A stretch of DNA of 64,000 nucleotides from Cetorhinus maximus (Eukaryota). The notes below the pieces were generated by a model. It was not told where the DNA came from, did no database searches, and saw only the letters and a program-made list of their open reading frames with translations. The stretch lies in NCBI RefSeq assembly GCF_964194155.1, contig NC_135901.1, positions 4,278,001 to 4,342,000 of the forward strand, read 5' to 3'. Shown one piece after another: positions 12,790 to 25,450 of this stretch (its first letter is position 1; each line of letters opens with the position of its first letter). The translations under genes and the position numbers were made by a program.

Positions 12790-13129
12790 ACGGGTGTGTG
12801 TGTCTCGGTGCTTTTCTGGTCACACTGATGTTTGTTATCTTTTCCCACAGACAGATCAGAGAAACATTTCTCCTTCCACATTCAAAGGTTGATGATATTC
12901 AGGTCCTGATGAATCGACTGACTCTGGGAGGTCTTGATGTGATGTTTGGTTAGTTTCCTGTGCAAATCCTTTCCTTCTAATATCCTGCAGAAAGAGTTGA
13001 CAGTGTCAGTATCGCTATCAGTCCATGTTAGAAATTCAAAACAGACAATTCTAGTTTCTATGCAATCTTTTTCTCTCTCTGTTCTTCCAAACATGTGATC
13101 TAAATCAATCTAAAAGAAGCCCCAAAAGG

Positions 13130-13570
13130 CAAAAAAAGCAAATGGAATTTTCACAATTAAACCACAATGTTAATTGCAGTGACTATGAGACACTCTGCAC
13201 TCTGAGGTGCCCACTGTTTGTGGAAGGCATCAACCATACGGATTGACACTGCATCCTCGCTGGCCACCAGGGCGCAGGCAAGACCATAGAAGACTGACCC
13301 GCAGCCAAAGGGTCCCACCCACCCTAGATCTACAAGTTGTAACCACGCTGAAGAGCAGCTCCAGGACAAGATCCTCTTATGTACCTAGTCCCCTCCACAC
13401 TGGACAGATAACGATAAGGAGCCTGGGTCTGAAGTGTGACCAAACATTGAAGAGCAGACCTTCAGGTAATTATACAGGGGCTGCAACATCTCACAATGAA
13501 TATATACATGGCCCATAGACTCCCGTAGGCTGCAAACATCATCTGCAGCCTGGGAGTGGGTGAAGCTGTT
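13130..13570 (-). mobile_element. Old Tx1/L1-like ORF2 C-terminal fragment, a different family from the 26-37 kb array
   Basis: Decayed CCHC region (C..RE...HVYIHCE.LQPLYNYL) and a terminal ...F..QWAPQ..EC segment. Confidence 0.5.
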
Positions 13571-13669
13571 TAAAAATGTGTTGCGCAATAAAACCAATTC
13601 TGGGGCACTGGGACCCAGTTGGGAACAGATTCCCCCCTGCGGCCCCGCCCACTCCCTGTTGGGGCACCA

Positions 13670-14210
13670 TGACGTCCGCGCATGCGCTCTGCTCCCCGCT
13701 CAACCAAAATGGCGGCCGTTAACTTGAATAAAAACAAAAAACTGCGGATGCTGGAAATCCAAAACAAAAACAGAAACACCTGGAAAAACTCAGCAGGTCT
13801 GGCAGCATCGGCGGAGAAGAGCAAAGTTGACGTTTCGAGTCCTCATGACCCTTCAACAGAACTGTTCATTTCTGTTGCCGTTAACTTGAACTTGTTCGGA
13901 AAAAAGAACCGGGCTGCAAACGGGAGTATCTCAGGGTCTTATTCGAGGTTGGTGCCTTTACGAGGTGTTTAGAAACCCTCCCCGTCCTCCCGCCGCCTCC
14001 ATCGCTCCCTCCGCCTCCATCGCTCCCTCCGTGTTTTCACTTCCTTACCAGTTTGGAGATAAGACAGACAGAAGACTCCGCATCGCCATTATGGCGCATG
14101 CTCCAAACACTGGGCGGTACTGCGCCTGCGCACTGCTCTCCTGTGGTGGGGGATAGGGGACATTCCCCACCGCGGGGGATGCTGGGTAAAGTCCTCGCCA
14201 TCGAGTGGCC
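13670..14210 (-). promoter_or_regulatory. CpG-rich promoter / first exon region of ZNF-C
   Basis: NRF1 GCGCATGCGC at 13678-13687, YY1 AAAATGGCGGC at 13706-13716, TGCGCCTGCGC, ZNF143-like site at 14170-14189. Homologous to 5800-6180. Confidence 0.7.
13729..13876 (-). mobile_element. Penelope-like pLTR fragment with hammerhead motif, flanked by a 14-bp TSD
   Basis: GCCGTTAACTTGAA at 13715-13728 and 13877-13890; hammerhead-like motif at 13825-13863. Confidence 0.75.
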
Positions 14211-14574
14211 TAATTGGTGAATCGTGAGTCCTTATTTTTGCAACGATGTGGGGATTGGGGCGAGTGTTGGGCAGTCAATAAAATTAGCAACCAAATTATA
14301 CAGAGGCCCAAGTGCACAGAACCTCCATTATCCACCAAAAAGAAGGGAACTGATGGTGAATTGCAAATCCCCCAAAGTTTTACCGAAACAGCAGCAATGA
14401 CGCGGAATCCAATCCCTCCTGTCAAATATGAACTCAGGAGATGGGGTGACTGAGTGAATCCTTTCAGTGAGTAACTGTCAGGATTGTTGTCTTGTGGATA
14501 TTCCTGGTTGTGTATTTTTAGTTATGCTGTCACACACCAATAACACAGAGAAACCTGGAAACAGGCTGCAGTTC

Positions 14575-15037
14575 CTTTTTTTTCATTCATCACAGGATAT
14601 GGGTGTCACTGGCAATGTGGGCATTTATTACCATCCCTAATCGCCCTTGAGAATGTGATGGTGACCTGCCTTCCCAAACCGCTGCAATCCAATTGAATTT
14701 TACTTTCTCTGAGCGGTTTTGATATGACCAAGTGGCTTATGCACCATTTCAAAGGGTCAAAGGTTCAAAGCACATTGCTGTTGGTCTGGAGTCACCTGAA
14801 GACCAGATAAGGCTGAGATGGCAGATTTCCGCTCCTCGAGGATGTCAGGGGACCAGCTGGACTTTTGTAACAATGCATTTGTTTCATAATCACTGATAAC
14901 AGCTTTTACAGTGGATTTTTATTCCAGATTTATTGAATTAACTGAATTTAAAATCTCTAACTGTTGTGATGGGATTTGAACTCACATCTCCAGATCATTA
15001 TTCCCTCTCAATTACTAATCCAGTAATGTAACCACTA
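14575..15037 (-). mobile_element. tRNA-derived SINE
   Basis: Reverse complement of the 11075-11390 family, including a B box (gagttcaaatccc) and tail. Confidence 0.65.
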
Positions 15038-15480
15038 TGTCTGGGCATGTCATCAGAATGCTTGAATTCAGATTGACAAACAGGCGCTGTACTCAGAGCT
15101 ACACCAGGGAGACCCTTCACATGGGGCCAAAGGAAACTTTTCAAAGACAATCTCAAGGCCTCTGTGACATTCTGCTCTATCAACATAAACACTTGGGAAG
15201 CAGATTCCCAATCGCCTCCAAAATGGCGATTCATCATCCAAAAACGTTTCAATCAACAAGAGCAGCCACTGAGAGAGACAAACAGAGAGGGCAGCTGCTT
15301 ATGTCAACAATCCACCACCAACTCCACTGGCTGACAACCCCCATGTCCTCACTGTTGGGAGAGCCTGCAAGGCTAAAATAGGGCTCTTTAGTCATTTGTG
15401 AACCCACAGCTAACGCTGACATCTCACTTCCACCGAGTCATCAACAAAAAAGAATCATCCCTGACATGTGGGATTGTCAA
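15038..15480 (+). mobile_element. RTE-clade LINE 3' fragment
   Basis: Frameshifted GHVIRM...RL..QALYSEL..G....GQRK.FKD.LKASL, typical of the RTE C-terminus. Confidence 0.65.
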
Positions 15481-15649
15481 TGGATAACCACAATGTTATC
15501 TTCTTTATCTGCGGATCGAATGTCAGTTACATAATTGCAGCAGCAGTTAACAGCCTCCTGTGAACTCCTCCATGCGATATCTTAGTGCAGATTTTCAATA
15601 ATTTATTTTGAGTGTGTTTATGTTAAATGAGTTAATACTGATTTTATAA

Positions 15650-16440
15650 ATCAATTGTTAGGCCTCAGTTGGAGTGCTATATTCATTTCTGGGCATCACA
15701 CTTTAAACAGGATTTCAAAGCCTTAGAGAAGGTGATTTACTAGAATGGTACCAAGGATAAGAGGCTTCAGTTATATGGAGAGACTGGAAAAACTGGGATT
15801 GTTTTCCTTGGAGCAGAGGGTCAAAAATGGAGGTGGTGGCATCGTGGTATTGTCACTGGGCTAGTAATCCAAAGACCCAGGGAAATGCTCTGGAGACTGG
15901 GTTCAAAACCCACCAAATCTCATGATGACCATGAAGTCCTTTTCAAATGTCATAGAAACCCATCTGGTTCACTAATGTCCTTTAGAGAAGGAAATCTGCC
16001 ATCCTCACCTGGTCTGGCCTGCATATGACTTTAGACCCACAGCAATATGGTTGACTCTTAAAATGCCCAGAACTGACACCACATGGACTGCAGCAGTCTG
16101 AAAGAAAAAAGATACAATAGCAGTTTTCAAAATCATGAATGGCTTTGACAAACTAAAGAAAGAGGAAGGGTCTCCAGTAGCAGAAAAATAGCTAATCAGA
16201 GGACACAGATTTCAGAACATCTTTTTTAAGCAGTGTGTTTTTGTGATCTGGAATGCACTGCCTGAAAGGGTGCTGCAAGCAGAATCAATAGCAACATTCT
16301 TGGGAGAATTGAATAAATAGTTGAAGAGAAGAAATATCCAAGTCTAGGAGTAAAGAGCAGGGGAGTGGGACTAATTCGATAGCTACACTAATGAGCTGGT
16401 ACAAACATGATGGACTGAACACCTTCCTTTAGCCCCTGTA
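15650..16440 (+). mobile_element. CR1 3' fragment interrupted by a tRNA-derived SINE (15825-16065)
   Basis: CR1 sequence breaks after ttggagcagaggg and resumes near 16110; the SINE head and body lie between. Confidence 0.65.
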
Positions 16441-18454
16441 CCATCTGAAGACAATGGCAGATGATGCTACCCAGAATGCTTCAGGTGGTAGCATATGGCC
16501 CATCAACATCAACAGGGATGCAACACTCAGATTTTGCTCCCTTTCTTTCGTGCTGTGTGATGGTGGGGTTCAATCCCAGTCACTGTTTACCTGCCTGTAC
16601 CCTGCTGCAAAGTAGTAATGCTAAGCTTATGATCCTATACTGTGAGCTATAATAACGGTATTTTATTCAAGAAACAAGTTTTCAGACCAAAGACTGAATT
16701 GCAGTGTGACTTACATGAGGAAATTCACATATAGACTAAATAAAGTTAAAAACATGGAAATGTGACAATCAAACACCAGAAACAGGTTCCAGTTGAAAAC
16801 TGGCAGGGAAAATGTTTCCAATGATAATAATAAAGTCGGACACCAGAACTGAAATAAAAGGCAGGTTATTTTCTAATAATAACAGTGGCAGAGTATGAGT
16901 GTAACAATGACACACACGGTCTGATACAGTAAGAGTGCAGATGGGGCCCGAAGTAAGAACAGCAAAGGTTTGGCTAACTTTGAGTGTAACAAACACAATG
17001 TTTGTTTCAATAATAAGAGTCAGGTTGCAGTGTGTTAGTGAATTCATCATTGGATCCAATGTGATGATAATACAGTCAGTATCTAGTGCACCAAAACCAA
17101 AGATTAGGTCTCATATAGCAGTGCGAGCGAGTCATGGTCTATTGATATAATATGATATCAATGTGTTGCCTAATCCCTAATAACAGAGCCAAGGATCAAT
17201 GCAATGTGAATGGGATGGGGTTGAGTGTAATAACACAGACACGGTCTATTGGAATATGAACTGACGTCAACATTGACTAATTGGTGGCACACTCACCCCG
17301 AATCAGAAGGATGTGGGTTCAAGCCCTCTCCAGAGACCCAACCACATCATCTAAGCTGATGTGCCTGGTCTCATTATAAATGGGAGTCTCTGTTCTTTTG
17401 CTGGCTATTTTCTTAGACTCAGAAGGAGTGAAGGGAATGACAGACGGGACAATTCTGGGCAGTTGCTCCATCCAGCAAGGCAGGGATTTCTGGGACATGA
17501 TTGCAGGTTTGAGGTGTCCGCCCACTCATTAAAAAACAACCTCTTCCTCTTTGGGTTTGTGAAGGGAGTTATGGCTGCAGCACGCGAGGCCGACTAGAGT
17601 CTGGTGTAAAAATAATCACAAAGGCCAATTCCAGTTCTTAATAACGGAGGTGGCTTTAACTACAGGTAATCTTACATTAAGGGAGACAAGAGGCTGAGTA
17701 AAGATTCGATTGTAATAGGAGGACAAGGTGTAAGGAAGCAATGATATTTGGGTGTCTGTGTTATGGTGAGTGTCACAGGGAGGTGTGTGATAAAAAAGAA
17801 GTGGAAATGTCATGACAGAGACACGTGTGACTGACTCCACCTGACTGAGAGCTGTTATACCCAAGGGGAGGGCAATGACGACATGGGGAACTCCAGAGAT
17901 TTCTGGTGTCTGAGGTGACAATGGTGCATCTGTTAGAGGAACTGAAAAGCATTGGTTCCTTCTCACCCTTGCCTGCAGTTCCTGAGTTACACAGACACAC
18001 AGGAAACAGATCTGACAGCTCGTAGAAACTAATGTTTTAAATCTTCTGTTTGAGACACATTACGATTGAAAAGATCAAATGTTAAAACCTCAGGAGAGGA
18101 AAATTCAGAATGTCACAAAGATGAGTGAACTGTCCAATTAGTCCCATTCACCATAACTCTGCGAATTTTCCCCTCTTCGAGTATTGATCCAATTCCCCTT
18201 TGCGAGTTTCCAACTCCCTGTCAGTGTCTGCATTCCAGATCATATCAAATCACTGTGTAAAAATGTTCTCATCACACCCTCCAGTTCTGTTGTCAAACAT
18301 CTTAAATTTCTGTGTCTTCTGGTTACAAACCTTCCTGCTCCTGGAAACAGTTTCTCCCTATCAATACTATCACAAATCCTTCCTCATTTTGAACACCTCC
18401 ATTAAATTTCCCCCTAAACTTTTCTGATCTAAGAAGGACAGCCCCTGTTTTTCC

Positions 18455-18555
18455 CGCTCAAAAGAAGCGTCACATTGGACTCGAAACCTTAAATCTGTTT
18501 CTCTGTCCACAGATGCTGCCAGACCTGCTGAGTTTTTGCAGCATTTTCTGCCTTT
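18455..18555 (+). mobile_element. Penelope-like pLTR fragment
   Basis: ggactcgaaaccttaa...cagatgctgccagacctgctgagtttt, same family as 13729. Confidence 0.6.
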
Positions 18556-19589
18556 AGCCGTTTTTCCTTCTTTAATCAATCAAAAACCCTTCATGATAAC
18601 CCTCAATTAAACAGGCACACACTGACATCAAGAGAGATTAAGAGGAAAGGAGAGACAAAGACAGAGAAAAACTGAGACACTTAAAAAAACAGAAAGATGA
18701 GGCGGTGAGAGATAAAGCTGAGAAATAGAGAAAGCAAGTAATACAGAAAGATGTGAGAGAATGATATAAAATGGAAAGGAGCAGGCTAGCAGTTCCTGGC
18801 TATGGAAAGCAGAGGGAACTCAGTGACTGACCCACAGACACGGCCACGTATGTCCGGGAATGGAGACTCTGAACAGAAGCAACAGACTCATTTGTAAATG
18901 TCACCGCAATGTGATCTGTGTGACTCTGCCCTAACTCTGTGGCCAGATATAGGCCGCCTTGACAGATGTTCTCACCCGACCGTGGCCTCTGGATTTATTT
19001 TCTGCTCAGAAGTGAGATGTGTGGTTAGGAACCAGCAGCAGAGAAACAGGAAGTTGTGTTTCCTGAGAATGAAACAGCAGGTGTTAGTTTCATGTTATCA
19101 CCGTGAACAGTCTTCCTGCCTGTGAGGGTGGACTCACTCTGACAGCATCAAGAACAACCACACAGATTGCTGCCAGTCTCAGCATTACATTCACCTCCAT
19201 TCCCAATTTAAAGATTTAAACATATGAGCTTATTTGGGGTTTTACCATATTCACTGAAGGGGGAAACGAGCTGATGGTTATCCTTGGGAGAAATAAGGGG
19301 AAATTATATAAAATGAATAATTTTGCCCAAAAACAGTTATCAGAAAATAGGAGAGTTAAAGTGAATCGAGGCCTGTCTGAGAGTGAGAGAGTGAAACAGA
19401 GAGAGAGGGGAATGACTCTCTGTACGTTGAGCACTGCCTCAGACAGAGAAGAGAGGCTAAGTAAGGTTAAGTGTGTTAGGTTCTTTCTCAGAGAGAGATA
19501 AAAAAATTAAGTGAGTTTAGGTGCTCTCTGAAACAGAGAGATTAAGTGACTCAGTATCTGAGAGAAAGAGGAGAGAAGTTAAGTGAAAT

Positions 19590-19756
19590 AAAAGCAAAAT
19601 ATTGTGGATGCTGAAAATCTGAAATAAAAACAGAAAATGTTGGAAAAACTCAGCAGGTCTGACAGTATCTGTGGAGAGAGAAACAGAGTTAACGTTTCAA
19701 GTCTGTATGACTGAAGACGACCATACGCTCTGAAGAAGAGTCATACGGACTCGAGA
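19590..19756. mobile_element. Penelope-like pLTR fragment (minus, 19590-19712) joined to a short inverted copy (plus, 19728-19756)
   Basis: Plus-strand ctgaagaagagtcatacggactcga directly follows the reverse-oriented copy. Confidence 0.65.
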
Positions 19757-20004
19757 GTTGAAGTGAGTTTGGGGACAGATGTGCTCATATTGGTAATTGA
19801 ATGGTCAATGTGAGATTGTTTTCTAAACAGCAGCACCCCAGAGAATGGGTTCCAGATAATTGTCAGTGCTATGAAAAGATTTGCAAAGATATTACATTTG
19901 GAATAAATGGAAATAAAGGACTAAAATACTTGCTGGGGATAATTACTTCAGGAAATACATTGCAAACGTGAAGAATGATGCGTTCACAATCAGACACATA
20001 GACA

Positions 20005-21060
20005 CAAGAACAAAGAAGAAAAGGACAGCACAGGAACAGGCCCTTCGGCCCTCCAAGCCTGCGCCGATCATATTGTCTGTCAACTAAAACATTTTGCACT
20101 TCCGGTGTCCGTATCCCACTATTCCCATCCTATTCATGTATTTGTCAAGTTGCCTCTTAAAAACCACTATCATACCTGCTTCCACCACCTCCTCTGGCAG
20201 CGAATTCCAGACACTCACTACCCTCTGCGTAAAAAACTTGCCCTGCACATCTCCTCTAAAGTTTTCTCCTCTCACCTTAAATCTATGTCCCCTAATAATT
20301 GACTCTTCCACCCTAGGAAAAAGTTTCTGACTATCTACTCTGTCCATGCCACTCATAATTTTGTAAACTTCTATCAAGTCGCCCCTCAATCTCCGTCGCT
20401 CTAGTGAGAACAATCCGAGTTTCTCCAACCTCTCCTCATAGCTAATAACCTCCAGACCAGGCAGCATCCTGGTAAACCTCCTCTGCACCCTCTCCAATGC
20501 CTCCATATCCTTCTAGTAATGTGGCGACCAGAATTGCACGCAATATTCCAAGTGTGGCCTAACCAAGGTGCTATACATTTGCAGCATGACTTCCCAGCTT
20601 TTATACTCAATACCCCTGCCAGTGAAGGCAAGCATGCCATATGCCTTCCTGACTACCTTATCCACCTGCGTTGCCACTTTCAGTGACCTGTGGACCTGTA
20701 CACCCAGATCCCTCTGCCCGTCGATGCACTTAAGGGTTCTGCCATTTACTGTATAATTCCTGCCTGTATTAGACCTTCCAAAATACATTACCTCGCATTT
20801 GTCCGGATTAAACTCCATCTGCCATTTCTCCGCCCAAGTCTCCAACCGATCTATATCCCGTTGTATCCTTTGACAATCCTCTTCACTATCTGCAACTCCT
20901 CCAACCTTCGTGTCGTTTGTAAACTTACTAATTAGCCCAGTTACATTTTCCTCCAAATCATTTACGTATACTACAAACAGCAAAGGTCCCAACACTGATC
21001 CCTGCGGAACACCACTAGTCACAGCTCTCCATTCAGAAAAGCATCCTTCCACTGCTACCC
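20005..21060 (-). mobile_element. CR1 LINE, 5'-truncated
   Basis: ORFs 20513-21082 and 20084-20506 (SGVPQGSVLGPLLF, WQMEFN..KC, LVRPHLEYCVQFWSP) separated by a single stop; short-repeat tail. Confidence 0.92.
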
Positions 21061-21654
21061 TCGAGTGTGTGCGCGCACACACTCACACACACCATTTTGT
21101 GTTGAGCTGGTTTCAGTTGTGCCTGTTAACCAGTTGATAGATTTTTAATTGGATACCATTAGGATTCTGCAGCAGTCCATTCGACTGAGGAGACAGTTCT
21201 AGATTCTGTCTGACACCATCAGTGGGTCAGGTGGAAGCTTAATAGAAAATCCTGCAGGAAAAATAATCCTTAACATTAAAAATCTATCTGAGCAATTGAC
21301 TCAGTGCTACACCAGTGTGAATTAGTAAACTTTAACACAACAGGGTTTGTCACTAAGTAGTGTAAAGTACAGTGCACTAATGCTCACCTTTAGTCTTGCC
21401 CCTCAATCCCAGTTAATCTCTGGGAGATTGTTACAAGATTCACCCCATCCTTTCGACACAAATATTACCCACATAACACTAGAGTCATTAGAAATTGATG
21501 TGTGCTTCCCACACACTGTCCTTTTAAATATACTTCACTCCTACCAGCCTTTAACTATCAAAAACATAACAGAGTTAATAGCTGCTGATAGCTGTCAATG
21601 AGATTAAATTTATGCTTGAAATGATTAAATCTTCACATGCAAAATATATTTTGT

Positions 21655-21935
21655 TTTATTCTTTGATGGGATGTGGGTGTCACTGGCAAGGCCAATATTT
21701 GTTGCCCAACCTTAACTGCCCTTGAACAGAGTGGCTTCCTCGGTTATTTCAGAGGGCAATTAAGAGTTAACCACATTGCTGTGGGTCTGGCCTCACATGT
21801 AGGCCGGACCAGGTGAGGACGGCAAATTTCCTTCCATAAAGGACATTAGTGAAGCAGATGGGTTTTTACAACAAGCAATGATAATTTCATGGACACTATC
21901 ACTGAGACCAGCTTTCAATTGCAGATTTTGAATAT
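21655..21935 (-). mobile_element. SINE 3' part
   Basis: Reverse complement of the 11075 family body and tail. Confidence 0.65.
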
Positions 21936-23194
21936 GAGGTTAGAAGCCTGGTCAATATGCTCAGGTTCTGAAGGTGAAATCCACAATTTAGAGATCCTGA
22001 AATCAGTGTCGTCACTGTAACCAAGCTGCTACTAAAATGTTTAAGGAGCTAAGGTGACATTTTACATCTACAGTTTGACCATAACATTGGTTAATACCAT
22101 TACTGTTAAACTTCCAGATAATAAAATCACAAACAGCAACTTCAAGCAGAAGGAGCAGAATAAACGAGATGGAGAGAAACACGAGAACCCACAGGCGAGT
22201 ACCACATAGAGCAGGTTCACACACCCGCGGACAGGGTGGGTTGGCGCGCCCAGGGGTGGGGCGGGTTCATACACCCAAGGCTCACCGGGAATGATCAGAA
22301 TAAGGAAACCACCCAGAAAACTACCAATAGGAATCTTCAGCTGAACACATCACTCATTCTTAAAGGGACCGAAGGGGTCCTGACACTGTGAAGTTAAAGG
22401 GGCAGACACAGCTTCAGCCTTCTCTCTGTTACCTTTCTGATAGTTAAAGGCTGGTAGGAGTGAGGTATATTTAAAAGGACAGTGTGTGGGAAGCACACAT
22501 CAATAAAACTGGGAATTCTTGGACATACGCTGCAGGTCGTTCTTTTTCTGGGAATCAAACTGTTGTATTATTGTCCCAGCAGTTAACAGCCTCCTGTGAA
22601 CTCCTCCAGCTTCTAGTTTAATGCAGATTTTAACCCAATAAATTTCACCATGTTTCGATTCAGTGACTCGGGACTGACACACAAACACGTTGAACCATTT
22701 TAGACTTATTAAGAACCATTCTCCGTCTGGAAACTTAAACCTGCTGTTTCACTTTCAGTCAGGAACAGATCACAATTTTACACCAACCTTTGATTTGGCA
22801 GCACATTTCCAGCATTCACCATTGTTCTTCCTGACTCTAAACCCAGTTGTAAAAGAGCCTTCTGTTCTGTGTCTAGGAGCTCTGAACCATGGAAGAGAGC
22901 AACTGAGACACATTTCTTACACACCTCAGGATTCACCCACATGGGGATTGTGCCGTCAGTGAAGAAAGATAAGAAAGACCAAAGAGTTGTTTAGGGCTCC
23001 CTCAGTGTGACCCTGATGGACTGTGTCCAGGCTGAAGTTCTGTTCCTACCGTAAGATCTTCCCCAAGATTGTCCTTTATGACTCCAGCCAGGTGATGTTA
23101 AACACTCAGATGGGGAAAAACAAAAATCTACAAACAAAGCTGATTTATTTCACATTTATTCAGAATATTGAACCTCATCAACAGGTCAGGACAG

Positions 23195-24358
23195 TCAGAA
23201 TGAACATGGTTCAGTCCTGGTATGATTAACAGCATCAACAGGAGTAGAATCCAAACCTTGCAATCGCCTGTGAACCCACTGGTGTGTTCGCAGGTGTGAT
23301 GACTGAGTGAATGCCTTTCCGCAGGCATTACAGGTGAACGGCCTCTCCCCACTGTGAACTCGCTGGTGTTTCAGCAGATAGGATGAATGAGAAAATCTCT
23401 TCCCACACACAGAGCAGGTAAATGGCCTCTCCCCACTGTGAATGCTCTGGTGTGTCAGCAGGTTGGATAACTGAGTGAATCCCTTCCCACACACAGAGCA
23501 GGTGAACGGCCTCTCTCCAGTGTGTACTCGCTGGTGATTCAATAGGTTGGATGACCGAGTGAATCCCTTCCCACACACGGAGCAAGTAAACGGTCTCTCC
23601 TCAGTGTGAACCTGTTGATGTGTCAGAAGGTTAGATGAACGGGTGAATCCCTTCCTACAGTCAGAGCAGGTGAATGGTCTATCCCCTGTGTGAAGTTGCT
23701 GGTGTATCAGAAGGTTGGATGAATTAATGAATCCCTTCCCACAGTCAGAGCAGGTGAACGGCCTCTCCCCAGTGTGAATTCGCTGGTGATTCAGTAGGGC
23801 AGTCGGACGGGTGAATCCTTTCCCACAGTTGGTACCGGTGAATGGCCTCTCTCCAGTGTGAGTATATTGATGTGTTAGCAGTTCCTTTTTGCTTTTAAAG
23901 CTCTTGTCACAGTCAGAACAATTAAAAAATTTGTTATCAGAGTGAACAAGTTGATGTGTCAGAAGGTGGGATGACTGAATGAATCCCTTCCCACACACGG
24001 AGCAGGTGAACGGCCTCTCCCCAGTGTGAATACGTTGATGTATCAGCAGATCTTTTCTGCATTTAAAACTCTTCTCACAGTTAGAACATGTAAACGGTCT
24101 CTTATCAGTGTGAACAAGTTGGTGTGTCACAATGTGGGATGACCGAGTGAAGTCCTTCCCACACACAGGGCAGGTGAATGGCCTCTCCTCAGTGTGAACT
24201 CGCTGGTGTGTCCGAAGGTTGTACAAATGGGTGAATCCCTTCCCACAGATAGAGCAGGTGAACGGTCTCTCCCCAGTATGACTGCGCCGATGAACTTCCA
24301 GTTGGGATGGGAAACTGAATCCCTTCCCACAGTCCATACATTTCCATGGTTTCTCCAT
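23195..24358 (-). CDS. C2H2 zinc-finger protein (ZNF-D), 13 fingers (finger 7 has C to G)
   Basis: 387-aa ORF from MEKPWKC with tandem fingers and TGERPF linkers; AATAAA downstream near 23145; acceptor near 24722. Confidence 0.9.
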   Translation of the reverse strand: MEKPWKCMDCGKGFSFPSQLEVHRRSHTGERPFTCSICGKGFTHLYNLRTHQRVHTEERPFTCPVCGKDFTRSSHIVTHQLVHTDKRPFTCSNCEKSFKCRKDLLIHQRIHTGERPFTCSVCGKGFIQSSHLLTHQLVHSDNKFFNCSDCDKSFKSKKELLTHQYTHTGERPFTGTNCGKGFTRPTALLNHQRIHTGERPFTCSDCGKGFINSSNLLIHQQLHTGDRPFTCSDCRKGFTRSSNLLTHQQVHTEERPFTCSVCGKGFTRSSNLLNHQRVHTGERPFTCSVCGKGFTQLSNLLTHQSIHSGERPFTCSVCGKRFSHSSYLLKHQRVHSGERPFTCNACGKAFTQSSHLRTHQWVHRRLQGLDSTPVDAVNHTRTEPCSF

Positions 24359-24999
24359 GGTGTGGGGGTCCTTGTCTCTCTCCAGGTTGGACGCTTAGTT
24401 GAAGCCTTGTCCACACACAACACGTGAACAGTTTCTCCCCACTGTGAATGGTGCGATATTTTTGCAGACTGTGTAACTGCTTAAAGTTTTTTCCAAAGTC
24501 AATTCACTGGAACACTCTCACTCGGGTGTGTGTGTGTTGAGGCTTTTCCAGTCACACCGATGTTTGAAATCCTTTCCCAAAGACAGAATAGACAAAAATT
24601 TCTCCTTCCACATTCAAAAGTTGATGATACTCAGGTCCTGATGAATTCAGTGCCTCTGACAGATCTTGATGTGATGTTTGCTTTGCGTTTTCTGTCTGCC
24701 AGTCACCTCCGTTTAATACCCTGTAAAACGAGTTTACAAAAGTCATCACTTTAAATCCAGGACTGAAATTCAGAACAGAGTTTCTATGGAACATTTATTC
24801 CTCTCTTGTTCCCCCAAAGCTGTAAATCCCTGTCCCACACACTCTCCCTCCTCCCTGGGCTGAAATCCAAACCCATCTCACCATCTCCACCATTTCTTTC
24901 CTCCACTCCCAGTTTTCTCCCTCCCTCTCCTCTGCCTGGGTTCAGTTCTCCAGCTCCTGTGTCTCTGATTCAGGGTCTCAGGCGGGACCCCAGCTGCCT

Positions 25000-25450
25000 T
25001 CGGGCGGGACACAGGACAGGGGACCCTCCTGGGTGTGTCTTACCCGGACCCTGAGTCCGTCCCCCCAGTTTCTGAGCCCCCGGGCGGCCCGCGGTCTCCC
25101 CGCAGTTTCTGAATCTCCCGCTCCGGAGCCTCTTCCTCTGAACCCGGCTCTGTCACCGGGAAGAAGCCCCGGAGCTGCAAACACGGGTCATGGAGACTGT
25201 GATCCGGGATTGCGGCCTACACCGGGTGTTTCTGGATCCTCCCCACCCCGGCTCCCGGCTCCCAGAACCGCTCCTCCCTCCGCCTCAGCGACTCTCACTC
25301 GCGTCTCCCGCACTCCCAGGGCTCTGATCAAACTGACACTGCGCATGCTCCAGGTATCATCATCAGCATTGCGCCTGCGCGTTGGGCTCCTGTACAGTGA
25401 CTAGGGCACTTTCACACACGCAGGTGATTGTGGGTATCGGCAGTGCCATT
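25000..25450 (-). promoter_or_regulatory. CpG island promoter of ZNF-D
   Basis: High CpG density; TGCGCATGC at 25340-25348; TGCGCCTGCGC; ZNF143-like TACCCACAATCACCTGCG on the minus strand at 25419-25436. Confidence 0.72.

Noticed and set aside
16890-17265. Loose repeats of gagtgtaa...cacggtct
   Set aside because: Too degenerate to define a unit or period.
17600-22330. Possible multi-exon minus-strand transcript from a GC-box/CCAAT region near 22250
   Set aside because: Splice-like sites exist but give no coherent ORF or recognisable homology; it needs RNA data.
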